This document shows, in pieces, positions 51,381-63,180 of a stretch of DNA of 64,000 nucleotides. The notes under the pieces were generated by a model that did not search any database, was not told the DNA's origin, and worked only from the letters and a program-made list of their open reading frames with translations. This DNA comes from Rhizophagus irregularis (taxonomy: Eukaryota), in the NCBI RefSeq assembly GCF_026210795.1, contig NC_089429.1, positions 4,402,001-4,466,000 of the forward strand. Reading direction: 5' to 3'. A program made the position numbers and the translations under genes. Each line of letters opens with the position of its first letter. The stretch's first letter is position 1.

Positions 51381-51471
51381 GTCTATAAAAAAACAAACTC
51401 CGATAAATGATCGTTTTTCTAGTTAGAAACTCAGACACGTGATCATTTTTCTGAAAAATTTTTTTATAGGG
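51381..51471. mobile_element. Degenerate reverse-orientation copy of the 11864-11950 MITE
   Basis: GAAACTCAGACACGTGATCATTTTTCTGAAAAATTTTTTTATAGGG matches the reverse complement of the nested element. Confidence 0.6.
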
Positions 51472-53097
51472 GATGATAAGTATTAAGTCTGGTAATTTTA
51501 ATTTTAATTTTCAATATGAAAATAGTACTATGCAAAAATGCTCAAATCTGTTACCGATTTTCAACCATAAAAAAAATGAAAAATGCTTGCTATTTTAATA
51601 ATAACCGCTTGCATTTAGAAATTTGTTGGACACTTGTGTAGCAATTTTCAATTTTTAGTGTGATCAACAAAAATTAACCCCATAAACACTGACAAACCCT
51701 TGCTTCACATTTATCTACGCATACAAATTACTAGCGAATGGGAACTATTAGAGCATCTGAAGTGCTATAATCAAATGTAAAAGAATAAATATAAAGTAAA
51801 AAAATGTATCATGAAAAAAATGTTTCGACTAAAAAAAAACTAATTACTAAAGAATATACAGTATATAATATAAAATAAATTTCGTGATAAAAAATTTTTT
51901 TTAAAAAAATCTTTCTACAAACTTTTTATTATGAAAAAAAAAAGTATTACATTTTTAATTTATGTAGCAATAAAAAAATGACTAATAGCCACGTACTGTA
52001 CATCTGTGCTAAAATTACATTGGCCATTAGCCCATTACACGTGGCGGTCTTGAGTATAATTTACTATCCTCTGCAGCTTCGCTACGCTTCGAAAAAATAA
52101 TTGTAAAATATAGTGAGTTACGAGTTAATTAGAACAAATTTAAACAAAAGTTATACAGAATTATAAAAGTAACATATAATTAATGTGTAATTCGAAAGAT
52201 TATAGAAATAAAAATAGTATGAAATAAAGAGTTCAAGTGGTATTACCTATAGTTTCTAAATTGTACAATTCAGTATTTACTATCGTATGTCATAAAAATA
52301 TATTAATTATTTTATATAACAGCATATCAAACAACCAAATTCACACTTAATAAATTTAATTAATTTCAGTTTAATTTTAATTGATATATAATATACTAAA
52401 TACCACCTAAATAAAACTTGTTATCTATTAATGAACTTGATTGACTAAAATAATTATGTATAAACAAAAAATTTCCCTAGATAATAAGGCGATATGAAGT
52501 TTCTAATATCAAAATTTACTTTAATTTAAACTGGTCGCACGGGTTTTAATTTTTAAGGGCAAAATTTTTTTATCATCTAATCATGTATCAAGAAATTTCA
52601 CATATTAAAATTTTGTATCAATTTGCATATTATAATATTATAACAAATAAATACTATTTAGGTAAAATCAATACATTCTTAACTTTAGTTTATCATATGA
52701 CACAATTTTAGAGCAATTTTATTGGTTAAACACAAAAAAATTAAAATTTGGATCAAATTTTTATAACTTTATGTCGCCGGCTATACTAATTTTCGCCCCT
52801 ACTTCTATTGATTCTGGCTAGTGAACCGTGTCCGATTGACCAACATTTGGAATTTTTTGTTTTGTAATCATTTGTAATCATCCGGACCCATGTCTTCTGC
52901 CGTCATTATATGGAATCCAAGCTAATTCCACGTCGGATCCAAGAGGCGAAAATTAGTATAACCTATGATGAAGGCGCAGCAATGATTTTCGGAAATATTT
53001 ATCCATATGGCTAGTACAAAATCTTTGTTGCATAAATTATTGCATAAATAAAGTTTAATTTTTTTTTTAAAAAAAATTTTTTTTTTTTTATAAAGAA

Positions 53098-54540
53098 ATG
53101 GAACCGAGTTACAGTAAAAATTACAGGGCAAGAGGATATTCATTAGAACAAGATTTGAGATTATTAATAAATAATCCAAAATATAGTGATATAGAAATTT
53201 TATGTGAAGATGAAAAGAAATTACATGGTTGTAGGGCAATTTTAGCTGCAAGGTCCGAAGTATTTGATAGATTACTTTATAATGGAATGAAGGAAAGTTA
53301 TGATAAACAAATTTCTTTTCCAAAGATTAGTTCAATTGGAATGGAAATAATATTAGAATATATATATACGGGATCAATTAAAGAAGAATCTTTAACAAAA
53401 GATAATACTGTCGAAGCATTTTACGCTGCCGACTATTTTCAATTACCGGACCTTCAGGATTTTATCATGAAAACAGTTAAGAATACCAATTTTGCAAAAA
53501 ATTATTCACCAGAATTATTATCTAAAATTTCGGAAAAAATTCCATTATCGGAAGATAATATCTTTTTAAATTTATTAGTTGAAGCGGTAGCAGCTATACC
53601 ATTAAATAATATTGAATTTGGTCGATTATCTATTGCAGGTCTTAAATATCTTTTATCTTGTACAAATGAAAAGAAAAAGCCTTTTGCAACTCCTGAATAT
53701 GAAGTTTTTCGATATAGTGCTATTCTTGCAGCAAAACAAGTTTCTAATGATGCACATAAAATTCTTATAGAACAGTTACCAACCCTTGAACAAATAGAAA
53801 AGGTAGTGAATTCGGCTAAAGTAGAAAATGATGATAAATTAATTATCGATCAAAAGGTTGCTAAAGAATTGGAACCTTTAGTGAAATATATTGATTTTAT
53901 GAGAATTGATGGACAAATTTTGGCCGATATTATTGAACCATTAGAAATTATCCCAGCAACTGTTATTTTGGATATTTATCGACAAAAAGCAAGATTAAAT
54001 AAATCTGAGTTAAATGATACTCGAGGAATACCTATCCAAATTTATTCAAAATATGTTTGGGATGAGTCTGAATGTGGATCAAATGTTCTTATTGAAGATA
54101 ATGGAAAAATTGTATATTTAAAAAGTAGAACTGGTTCATGGCGAAATGTTAGAGCTAAAATGGTACTAGAAGGTAAAGGAATTTTTGAATGGGACGTTAT
54201 TATGGAGAAAGCTTGTGTAGATGCCTGGGTAGGAGTATGTGCACCAGAAAATTTAAGTTATGAATTCTTTGCAGGAAGGCAACCAACTGGATGGGTATTA
54301 GGTACCAATGGATATTGCGCTAATTCTAACAAGGGAATAATTTACTGCTCATCTTTCGGAGATGGTACAAGAATTACTGTTCATTTAGATATGAATAAAA
54401 GAACTTGTTCTTTTACAGTTAATGGTACAAAATATCCGGAAGTGTCAGCATGGAATAATTTACCTGCAAAGCTTTACCCAGTAGTATCTTTTAATCATCC
54501 TGCTCGACTTAGAATTCAGCCTCATCAGAAAGATGTTTAA
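53098..54540 (+). CDS. BTB-BACK-SPRY protein, copy 11 (480 aa)
   Basis: Full-length ORF with a short N-terminal extension, MEPSYSKNYRA. Confidence 0.93.
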   Translation: MEPSYSKNYRARGYSLEQDLRLLINNPKYSDIEILCEDEKKLHGCRAILAARSEVFDRLLYNGMKESYDKQISFPKISSIGMEIILEYIYTGSIKEESLTKDNTVEAFYAADYFQLPDLQDFIMKTVKNTNFAKNYSPELLSKISEKIPLSEDNIFLNLLVEAVAAIPLNNIEFGRLSIAGLKYLLSCTNEKKKPFATPEYEVFRYSAILAAKQVSNDAHKILIEQLPTLEQIEKVVNSAKVENDDKLIIDQKVAKELEPLVKYIDFMRIDGQILADIIEPLEIIPATVILDIYRQKARLNKSELNDTRGIPIQIYSKYVWDESECGSNVLIEDNGKIVYLKSRTGSWRNVRAKMVLEGKGIFEWDVIMEKACVDAWVGVCAPENLSYEFFAGRQPTGWVLGTNGYCANSNKGIIYCSSFGDGTRITVHLDMNKRTCSFTVNGTKYPEVSAWNNLPAKLYPVVSFNHPARLRIQPHQKDV

Positions 54541-55918
54541 ATTATAGGAAATTATTTTATCATTTTTATATAAGTTTATTAAAAAATATTCTAATCGGAA
54601 TACTAAGAGGTGTATTTATTATAGATTTGTCCCGATTGAATTTACTCTAATGTAGAGGAGTGAATATATTAGAATTTTTCAAAGTTTGTCAAAATGTTTT
54701 GGTTTAGTATTATGAAATTTGTATAGCTATTAATGTAAAAGGTGATAAAGTATGCGATATATGGTAAAATTTATTTTTCATAATCAAAGTAGAAAACTTG
54801 TTTTATATTTATCTATACTTATAAATGACTAGGGAAGGGGAACCGTTAGACAGTTAGAGCATCCGAAGCGTTATAATAATTAACTCGGCACTAAACTATT
54901 TTTTATAATTTAATATATTTAATAAACTTTATACAACTTTAATTTATTTTTTTTAAAAATATTCATTTTAGTGAACATTTTTTTTTCATACATTTTTTTT
55001 TTAGTATATATTTTTTATTACTGATCGATAAAAAAAATTTATTACATGTTTAATTTATATAGCAACGCAACTTTTTTTTACAATAAAAAAATAATTAATA
55101 GTCATATACTGTACATCTGTACTAAAATTTTATTGGCCATTACACGCGGTGGTCTTGAGTGTCCTCTGCTGCGCTTCAAGAAATCATTTTAATATTTACC
55201 CTATAAAAAACTGGATACGTTTTTTATAAAGTTTTTGTGATTTTTTTCCTTAGAAATAACGTATCATAAGAGAATACGGAAAAATGCATTAAACTAACGA
55301 GAAATTTTTGACAAAAGTTATATAAGAATTATAAGAATAAAATATAATTATTGCGTAGTTCAAAAGATTATAAAATAAAAATAGTATGAAACAAAGAGCT
55401 TAGTGTAAATTTTAAATCGTATAGTTCAGTATTTAGCGTGTCAATTACTGTCTAGAGCACTCCTAAGTCTTTTACAATTTACCCAGATTAAAAATTGAAT
55501 AGCACCCGGATACAACTTCTATCCTGACAATACTAAAAGAATTTAATATACAAGACTTTAAATTTTGTATTAAATATGCAGATTTTTAAAGAAGTGCTAG
55601 ACGGTAATAAGCAATGAATCAAATTTATTGGTAGCACAACATTTAAACGAGATGAAAATGTATCAAATATTTAACCAAATTCACACTTACTAAATTTTAA
55701 AATTGACAAGTTACAATACTTGACGAAAGAAATTATTTATACAGTATATTGATTTCAGTCTAATCGAAGTATAATATACTGAATAACAACTTCAGTAAAT
55801 CATTATAATCATGATAAAGGCGTAGCAATGACGGATTCACGGAAATGCTTTGTTCCATATAGTTAGTACAACATCTTTGTTACATAAATGAAGTTTCATT
55901 TGAAAGTTGAAAAAAAAA

Positions 55919-56099
55919 ATTTATCGCCGTTTTCAAAATGATGTATTCAGTTAAATTGAATAAAAAAAAAGAAAACCGAAAACCGGACGAAAACCGGACG
56001 AAATATGGTCAAAAAACGGACGAAAACCGGGCGAATATTGGTATTCGAATATACAATCACAAATAAATTGCGTACACTATTTTGAAAACGGCGATAAAT
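55919..56099. mobile_element. 181-bp MITE with perfect 21-bp TIR ATTTATCGCCGTTTTCAAAAT
   Basis: TIRs at 55919-55939 and 56079-56099; internal AAAACCGGACG subrepeats; same terminus as 31365-31757. Confidence 0.85.
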
Positions 56100-56149
56100 A
56101 AAAAACTTCACTTTTTATATAAATAAAGAATTTTTTTTTCTTCTAAGCA

Positions 56150-57372
56150 ATAACGAGAGGATATTCATTTAAGAGTTATTAATAAATAATCCAAAGTATA
56201 GATAGAGAATTTATGTGAAGGTGAAAAGAAATTACATGGCTGTACCGCTGTAGAACAATTTTAGCTGCAAGTTCCGAAGTGTTTGATAGATTCCTTTATA
56301 ATGAAATGAAGGAAAGTTATGAAATTCCTTTTCCAAATATTAAATTCCATTGGAATGGAGATCGCAATAGAATATATCTACAATGGATCAATTAAAGAAG
56401 AGTCTTTAACAAAAGATAATATAATTGAAGCTTCTTACGCTACCGACTATTTTCATTTATCAGGTCTTCAGAATTTTATTATCAAAACTTTCAAAAATAA
56501 GATAAAAAAAAAATCACAATGAAAATAATTCACCAGAATTATTATCTAAATTTGCAGAAAAAATTCCATTAACGAAAAATAATATTCTTTTAAATTTATT
56601 GGTTAAAGCAGCATTACATACCATTGAATTTGATCGTTTGTCTATTGCAAGTCTTCAATATCTTTATATTGTACTTATGAAAGAAAAAGCCTTTTGCAAC
56701 GAAGTTTTTCGATATAGTGCTACTCTTGCAGCAAAACATGATGCGTATAAAACTTTCATGGAACGATTACCAACCTTGGAAAAAATAGGACAGGTAAAAA
56801 ACTCAGTTTAAATAAAAATAAATCTATCACCCAAAAAGTTGCTAAAGAACTGATATCATTGAACTACTAGCGTTAGAAATTATTCCAGCAAAATAATTTT
56901 GAATTTTTATTGACAAAAAGCAAGATTAAATCGATTTAAATAATATTCGAGGGATACCCAACCAAATTGTGTTTTGGAGGATAATGGAAAAGTCGCATGT
57001 CTGCAAAGTAAAACTCAAAGATGGCATAACGTCAGAGCTAAAATGATACTAGAAAATAAAGGTATTTTTGAATGGGTGTTATTATAGAGAAATCTTATTT
57101 AGATGTTTGGATTGGAGTATATACATCAGAAGATTTAAATCATGAATTTTTGACGGGAAGGCAAACTATTAGATAGGTATTACCGTATTAGGTATTATCG
57201 GCGAGTGTTTTAATTCTAAAAATCTAATTAATTATTGTCCATCATTTCGTGAAGACGGTGCAAGAATTACTGTTCATTGGATATGAACAAAAGAACTTGT
57301 GCTTTCACAGTTAACGGTACTAAGTATTAGGCAGGAGGTATCATAATGGAATAATTTACCATCAAAGCTTTA
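56150..57372 (+). pseudogene. BTB-BACK-SPRY pseudogene (copy 12)
   Basis: Start ATG mutated to ATA (ATA ACG AGA GGA TAT TCA), many small deletions, frameshifts and stops; colinear with paralogs through WNNLPSKL. Confidence 0.92.
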
Positions 57373-58723
57373 GTTATAGGAAAAAATTATGTCACTATAT
57401 CAAGGTTATTTCATAACAAAATAATCAAAATTAATAATTAATATAAAAACTATTCATAATGTAGATAATGTAGATGAAAATAGAGTTTATCAAAATATTT
57501 TTTGCGGTTCGTAAACTATTTTGCAGTTATTATGAGCGCTGTATGAACACCATTCGTAAAATTTTTCAAAGTGAAGCGCTATAATCACGTGACCATCAAA
57601 TGATAAAAAAAAATCACTATCTCAGAAAAAAATATTCATTAAAATAAATATTAAAAAAAAATGAAAAAATGTAAAATATATATATTAAAAGTTAAATAAA
57701 ATGTTATAAAAAAATTTTTGCAAACTTTTTATAATAAAAGTATTACATTATTAACTTAAATAGTAATGACACTTTTTATTTTACAATGAAATAATAATCA
57801 ATAATCAATATCTTACTTCCTCTGCTGCGCTTCGAACAATAATTGTAAATTATCGTACGGTTATATATGACCATAACATGTTTTAATTTTAGATATTTTT
57901 TATAGTATATTGACTAAAGTTTATTCGTAGTATCAAATAAACTATATTGATTTATGTTAAATGTAATATTATATACACATATAATACATATTTTACTATT
58001 GATTTACGTTAAAAGTAATATTACAATTATTAAAAATATTTCCTTGTAAGAATTCCTTGATAGAGTCATTATCTGTTATCCAATTGGATATTTTGCGACT
58101 TTTGAATTTCCTGTAACGGTGCTTCTTGTAAAATGTTATTTTCTATTAATATAGTATAATTAGCTTGGCTTAATTTTTTATGATAATTATTATAATATTT
58201 GAATTTATAATTTTTAATATAAAGCAACAATAAGAAAATAAAGAAAATACCTTTTTTTGATGTTGCATTTTCAAGAACAGAGAAATAAATGAAAGAAAGA
58301 ATTTATCATTTGATTTAAATAGATTTTACTGATAAGTACAATAGGCTTCTTGTTATGGTCAGTGCCGTACGATAATATATTAATAAAATATAAATCAAAT
58401 CAATATTTGTCGTAGCATAACTTTTAAACGATATGTTGTTTATATATATATATATATACATAAGTACCAAATTCAAACGACATGACAGTCTGATCAATAT
58501 ATAATCTATTAAGTAAACTTGTTAGTTGTTAGCTACTATTAGGAAATAAATGATTTTGATAGAGACTGCGTATTATTAATAATCATGAAGGCGCAGGCGC
58601 GCAGCAATGGTTATCGGGAAATATTTGTTCCATATGGTTAGTACATCTTTATTGCATAAATATTGGAATAAAAAAAAAATTTTTTTACTTTTTTTTTAAA
58701 AAAAAATATAGTATTTTTAAGAA

Positions 58724-60154
58724 ATGACGAGAGGATATTCATTAGAGCAAGATTTAAGAGTATTAATAAATAATCCAAAGTATAGTGATATAGAAATTTT
58801 ATGTGAAGATGAAAAGAAATTACATGGTTGTAGAGCAATTTTAGCTGCAAGGTCCGAAGTATTTGATAGATTACTTTATAATGGAATGAAGGAAAGTTAT
58901 GATAAACAAATTTCTTTTCCAAAAATTAATTCCGCTGGAATGGAGATCATATTAGAATATATATATACGGGATCAATTAAAGAAGAATCTCTAACAAAAG
59001 ATAATATGATTGAATCTTTTTACGCTGCAGATTATTTTCAATTAACAGAACTTCAGAATTTTATTATGAAAACGTTTAATAATACACTAGAAGAGAATTG
59101 TACAGAAAATTATTCACCAGAGTTACTGTCTAAATTTGCGGCAAAATTTCCATTATCGGAAGATAATATTTTTCTAAATTTATTAGTTGAAGCGGTAGCA
59201 GTTATACCATTAAATAATATTGAATTTGGTCGATTATCTATTGCAGGTCTTCAATATCTTTTATCTTGTACAAATGAAAAGAAAAATCCTTTTGCAACTC
59301 CTGAATATGAGGTTTTTCGATATAGTGCTATTCTTGCAGCGAAGCAAGTTTCTAATGATGCTCATAAAACTCTTATGGAACGGTTACCAACCTTTGAACA
59401 AATAGAAAAAGTAGTGGATTCAGCTCAAGTAGATAATGATGATAAATTAATTATCAATCGTCAAAATGTTGCTAGTGAATTAGATCCTTTAGTGGAATAT
59501 GTTGATTTTATCCGAATCGATGGACAAATTTTGGCCGATATTATTGAACCATTAGGAATTATCCCAGCAAAAATAATTTTGGATGTTTATCGACAAAAAG
59601 CAAGATTATATAAATCTGAGTTAAGTAATACGCGAGGAATACCCATCACAATTTGTTCCAAATATGTTTGGGATGAGTCTGAATGTGGATCAAATGCTCT
59701 TATTGAAGATAATGGAAAAATTGTATATTTAAAAAGTAGCACTAGTTCATGGCGAAATGTTAGAGCTAAAATGATACTAGAAGGTAAAAGAATTATTGAA
59801 TGGGATGTTATTATGGAGAAAGCTTGTGTAGATGCCTGGGTAGGAGTATGTGCACCAGAAAATTTAAGTTATGAATTCTTTGCAGGAGGACAACCAACTG
59901 GATGGGTATTAGGTACCGGTGGATATTGTTATAACTCTAATAAAGGATCAAGTTATTGCCCACCATTCGGAGATGGTTCAAGAATTACTGTTCATTTAGA
60001 TATGAATAAAAGAACTTGTTCTTTTACAGTTAATGGTACAAAATATCCGGAAGTGTCAGCATGGAATAATTTACCTTCAAAGCTTTATCCGGTGGTGTCT
60101 TTTAATTATCCTGCTCGACTTCGAATTCTTCCTCATCAGAAAAGTAGTGATTAA
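58724..60154 (+). CDS. BTB-BACK-SPRY protein, copy 13 (476 aa)
   Basis: Full-length ORF with family motifs. Confidence 0.93.
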   Translation: MTRGYSLEQDLRVLINNPKYSDIEILCEDEKKLHGCRAILAARSEVFDRLLYNGMKESYDKQISFPKINSAGMEIILEYIYTGSIKEESLTKDNMIESFYAADYFQLTELQNFIMKTFNNTLEENCTENYSPELLSKFAAKFPLSEDNIFLNLLVEAVAVIPLNNIEFGRLSIAGLQYLLSCTNEKKNPFATPEYEVFRYSAILAAKQVSNDAHKTLMERLPTFEQIEKVVDSAQVDNDDKLIINRQNVASELDPLVEYVDFIRIDGQILADIIEPLGIIPAKIILDVYRQKARLYKSELSNTRGIPITICSKYVWDESECGSNALIEDNGKIVYLKSSTSSWRNVRAKMILEGKRIIEWDVIMEKACVDAWVGVCAPENLSYEFFAGGQPTGWVLGTGGYCYNSNKGSSYCPPFGDGSRITVHLDMNKRTCSFTVNGTKYPEVSAWNNLPSKLYPVVSFNYPARLRILPHQKSSD

Positions 60155-61159
60155 GTTACAGAAAAAATTGTGTCATCATTTGGTTTTTGTCCATAATAAA
60201 AACGTTTTATATTTTATATTTATTATAAATTTATCACGAATGATTTATATTGTGAATATGATGCTGAACGGCTAAACTGGCAGAACAAATAATTGATAAA
60301 TGTAATTGCTTTAAACACTTTACAGGTAGGTAAAAAGATCTTTTAATAGTTTAGATGATTAACAAATTTCACAATAATCTTAAAAATCATCTTTTGAAGC
60401 TTTTATTATAATAATATTGATTCTAACAAATTTATATTTCTCTTTATACTACAAATCTTGAAAGATTTAATGTTTATGATAAAAACGAATAATTTTCAGG
60501 ATTAGAGGAGAAATGGAAATACAAGTTCATAGTAGATTTAGTTATATACAATGGTGAAGAATGTTTTTAACATTAACAACTGAAATATTGTTTAAAATTA
60601 GTTAAAGAATTTGATTTAATTAAAAATAATTATAGATATTTATAAAAATTTCAGGGGAGTTTCATAATAAAAGAATGAAGTTATTTTGCATAATCGATTT
60701 CAAATCGAGTCCTATAAAACTAATATAATTCTACAACTACTATAATTAATATTTAATTTATTGGTAGTTTAACCTGTTTGCTTCAATTTTACTATTTTAC
60801 TGGTTTATTGAGTAGGAATTTTAGACCTGAAGAAGTTAATGTTATGCAATTTGGAGGTTTGAACATTCGGATTTGATATTAAAATTATATAATGGTTATT
60901 ACAAGATTAGTTGTTTTAATAAAGTATTTATTTTAAAACAGCATTAAAATAGGATAAATAGTTATTAACCAATATAAAATAATTTTTTGTTTCTTCAATA
61001 AATCGTTAAAATAGTTGTGGCTAGTGTGGCTAGGTTATTCATTCTACAACCCTATTATGCATGATCAAACTTTTATGAATTAATCATCAAGATATTTTGG
61101 TAGGCTAATTGAGATACATTTCTTGTAACATGAGTAAACAAAAAGAGAAAATTGTTTAG

Positions 61160-61308
61160 GCTATTTTCCCTCATTTGAAAATGATGCAAAATTACTGTTC
61201 GTTTGAAAATGAATAAAAAAACTTTACGGTCAACTGTGCAATGTATCTGAAAAGTATTAGGGTAGAATTATTTGCCATCAAAGCTTTGCCTTGTAATATC
61301 ATTATGTT
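61160..61308 (+). pseudogene. SPRY C-terminal remnant
   Basis: Translates YFPSFENDAKITVRLKMNKK...FTVN...LPSKLCLVISLC with frameshifts; may extend further upstream. Confidence 0.7.
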
Positions 61309-63180
61309 CATTTTTATATAAATTTAATTAAGAATTTGCTTGATATTGTTCTAAGAATAATATAAATCAAGGTTTAATTAGTAAGTCATAACGAAAACAT
61401 TATCATTATTTTCATATATAATATGGAAAGTTATAAAAGTTGAGGACTAAAAATTATTTGTTTTTTTTGTAACTATACATACATTACAATAGTACAATTT
61501 TCTATATTGAGTTCAATAATTGATGTTTTAACATGGGTCATTTTTTAATTTACAGATTTATAATTTTTTTCTATTCCTAACTTTTTTTTAAATTATCGGC
61601 GTTAATTTCGTAGTACAATCTGGATAAAAAATTATGAATCTGTCTATTCACAAGTTTACTTCTATATATGAGCGACAGAATTCAATTAGGAATTGAGTTA
61701 ACTCAGAAACGTTAAGAATGTGGACCAAAAAACCAGGACTTGAAGAAGTAGAGTTTGACGGACATTTATGATCATGTGATCATGATCTGGTCGTTCCAAA
61801 AAAACAGATCGTTCGTCAGACACGCCGCAACCCACTAATCACACCACCACACCAATGAATCCAACTCATATCACTTACTTTTGGAAGAATCTCTGATATC
61901 CAAGAAATGTTATATTAGCGTAATTATTTATTCTTTTTATTTTTATCAAAAGGAAATACAAAGTCATAACGATTTTATCATTCCAAATTTGCAAATATTT
62001 AGAAAATTTTTCTTTCAATTTCTTGATCAATCGTTGGTTACCGATTTTTGGATGAAGAGACAGTCTACTTTTACATGTGACTTATCTGTAACTTTTCTTA
62101 TTCAATGAAAGATTATTAGTATTTATTACATTATTGATATACCGTGCACATTTAAAGGAGATTTAGTATGTCTTAAACAATTACAACACATATTTATTAA
62201 TGCTTGCTCTTGGCCAGATATAGTTAACCTATAAACCGTTTCTCCTCCACATAGAGGTGGCGAAATTATTTTTAAAATAAACTTTCTCATCTTACCCATA
62301 TTATCATATTTATTATTTTGAACTATGGGACTAAGGACCAAGGATTAAACACAGGTTTCTCTACCCAATTTTAAATTTTATATTCATTCAAGTATGATTT
62401 GATGTGTGGAGAGTTGGCTGTACCTTACCTTTGTTTTACTTGACGAAATATAATAGAAGAGGAGAGAAAAAGATAAAAGTAAATCTTTTTTATTAATTCA
62501 TGAGTTATTTAAATATTGAAGTAACTATCGATACTCATTGATTATTAGTCAGCAGGTTGAAGATCAATGTGCTGACCCGTTTCTTTGCTATTATTTATTA
62601 TGTCCGATCATTATTAAAATTATAATAATTAATTGCAAAATGTTTGGCATAAAATAATTTCAGCTAAACTAGCTAAACTGATTTTTGATGCATAAACAAT
62701 CACACGTCCAAAAATAGTGCTAAATATTCATTGATTCATGCGAAGGAAATCACATGACATAATCCTGATACTTTTTTTCGGTTACTATACAAAAATGTTT
62801 AATGGTTTAAAGAATTTATTTCATAATCAGAGAAATTGTTATACATACAAGTTAAAATTTATTTGATGGGAAATCGAATTGTGGAAATTTCGTGTATTAT
62901 TACAAATTAATAAAAAATTACAGTCTGTTCAATGAAGCATACGAACTTCTGTTTATAAATTATTATCTATAGAACTAAGAGCGCTCTACCTAAAGCATGG
63001 CTTCTTATATAATATAGTATTAACAAAAAAAATATATATATATAAATTTGAAGTTAGGAATCAAGAAATTTAATTTATATTCAATAAATTTATTTCAAAA
63101 TAAATAAATAAATATAATTAGACATACAAAATATATATACATAAAAATTCATAAAATTTTTTACTAAAAATATCTTCTTT

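Noticed and set aside
44224..59405. Recurrent 60-aa alternate-frame ORFs (MNLVDYLL...) and antisense ORFs (MEKKFVYHNF...) within the paralogs
   Set aside because: They recur only because the host genes are paralogous; most use non-ATG starts and show no independent coding signal.
62140..62235. Peptide fragment FINACSWPDIV, faintly like an S1/P1 nuclease motif
   Set aside because: About 30 codons ending in a stop, with no other nuclease motifs nearby.
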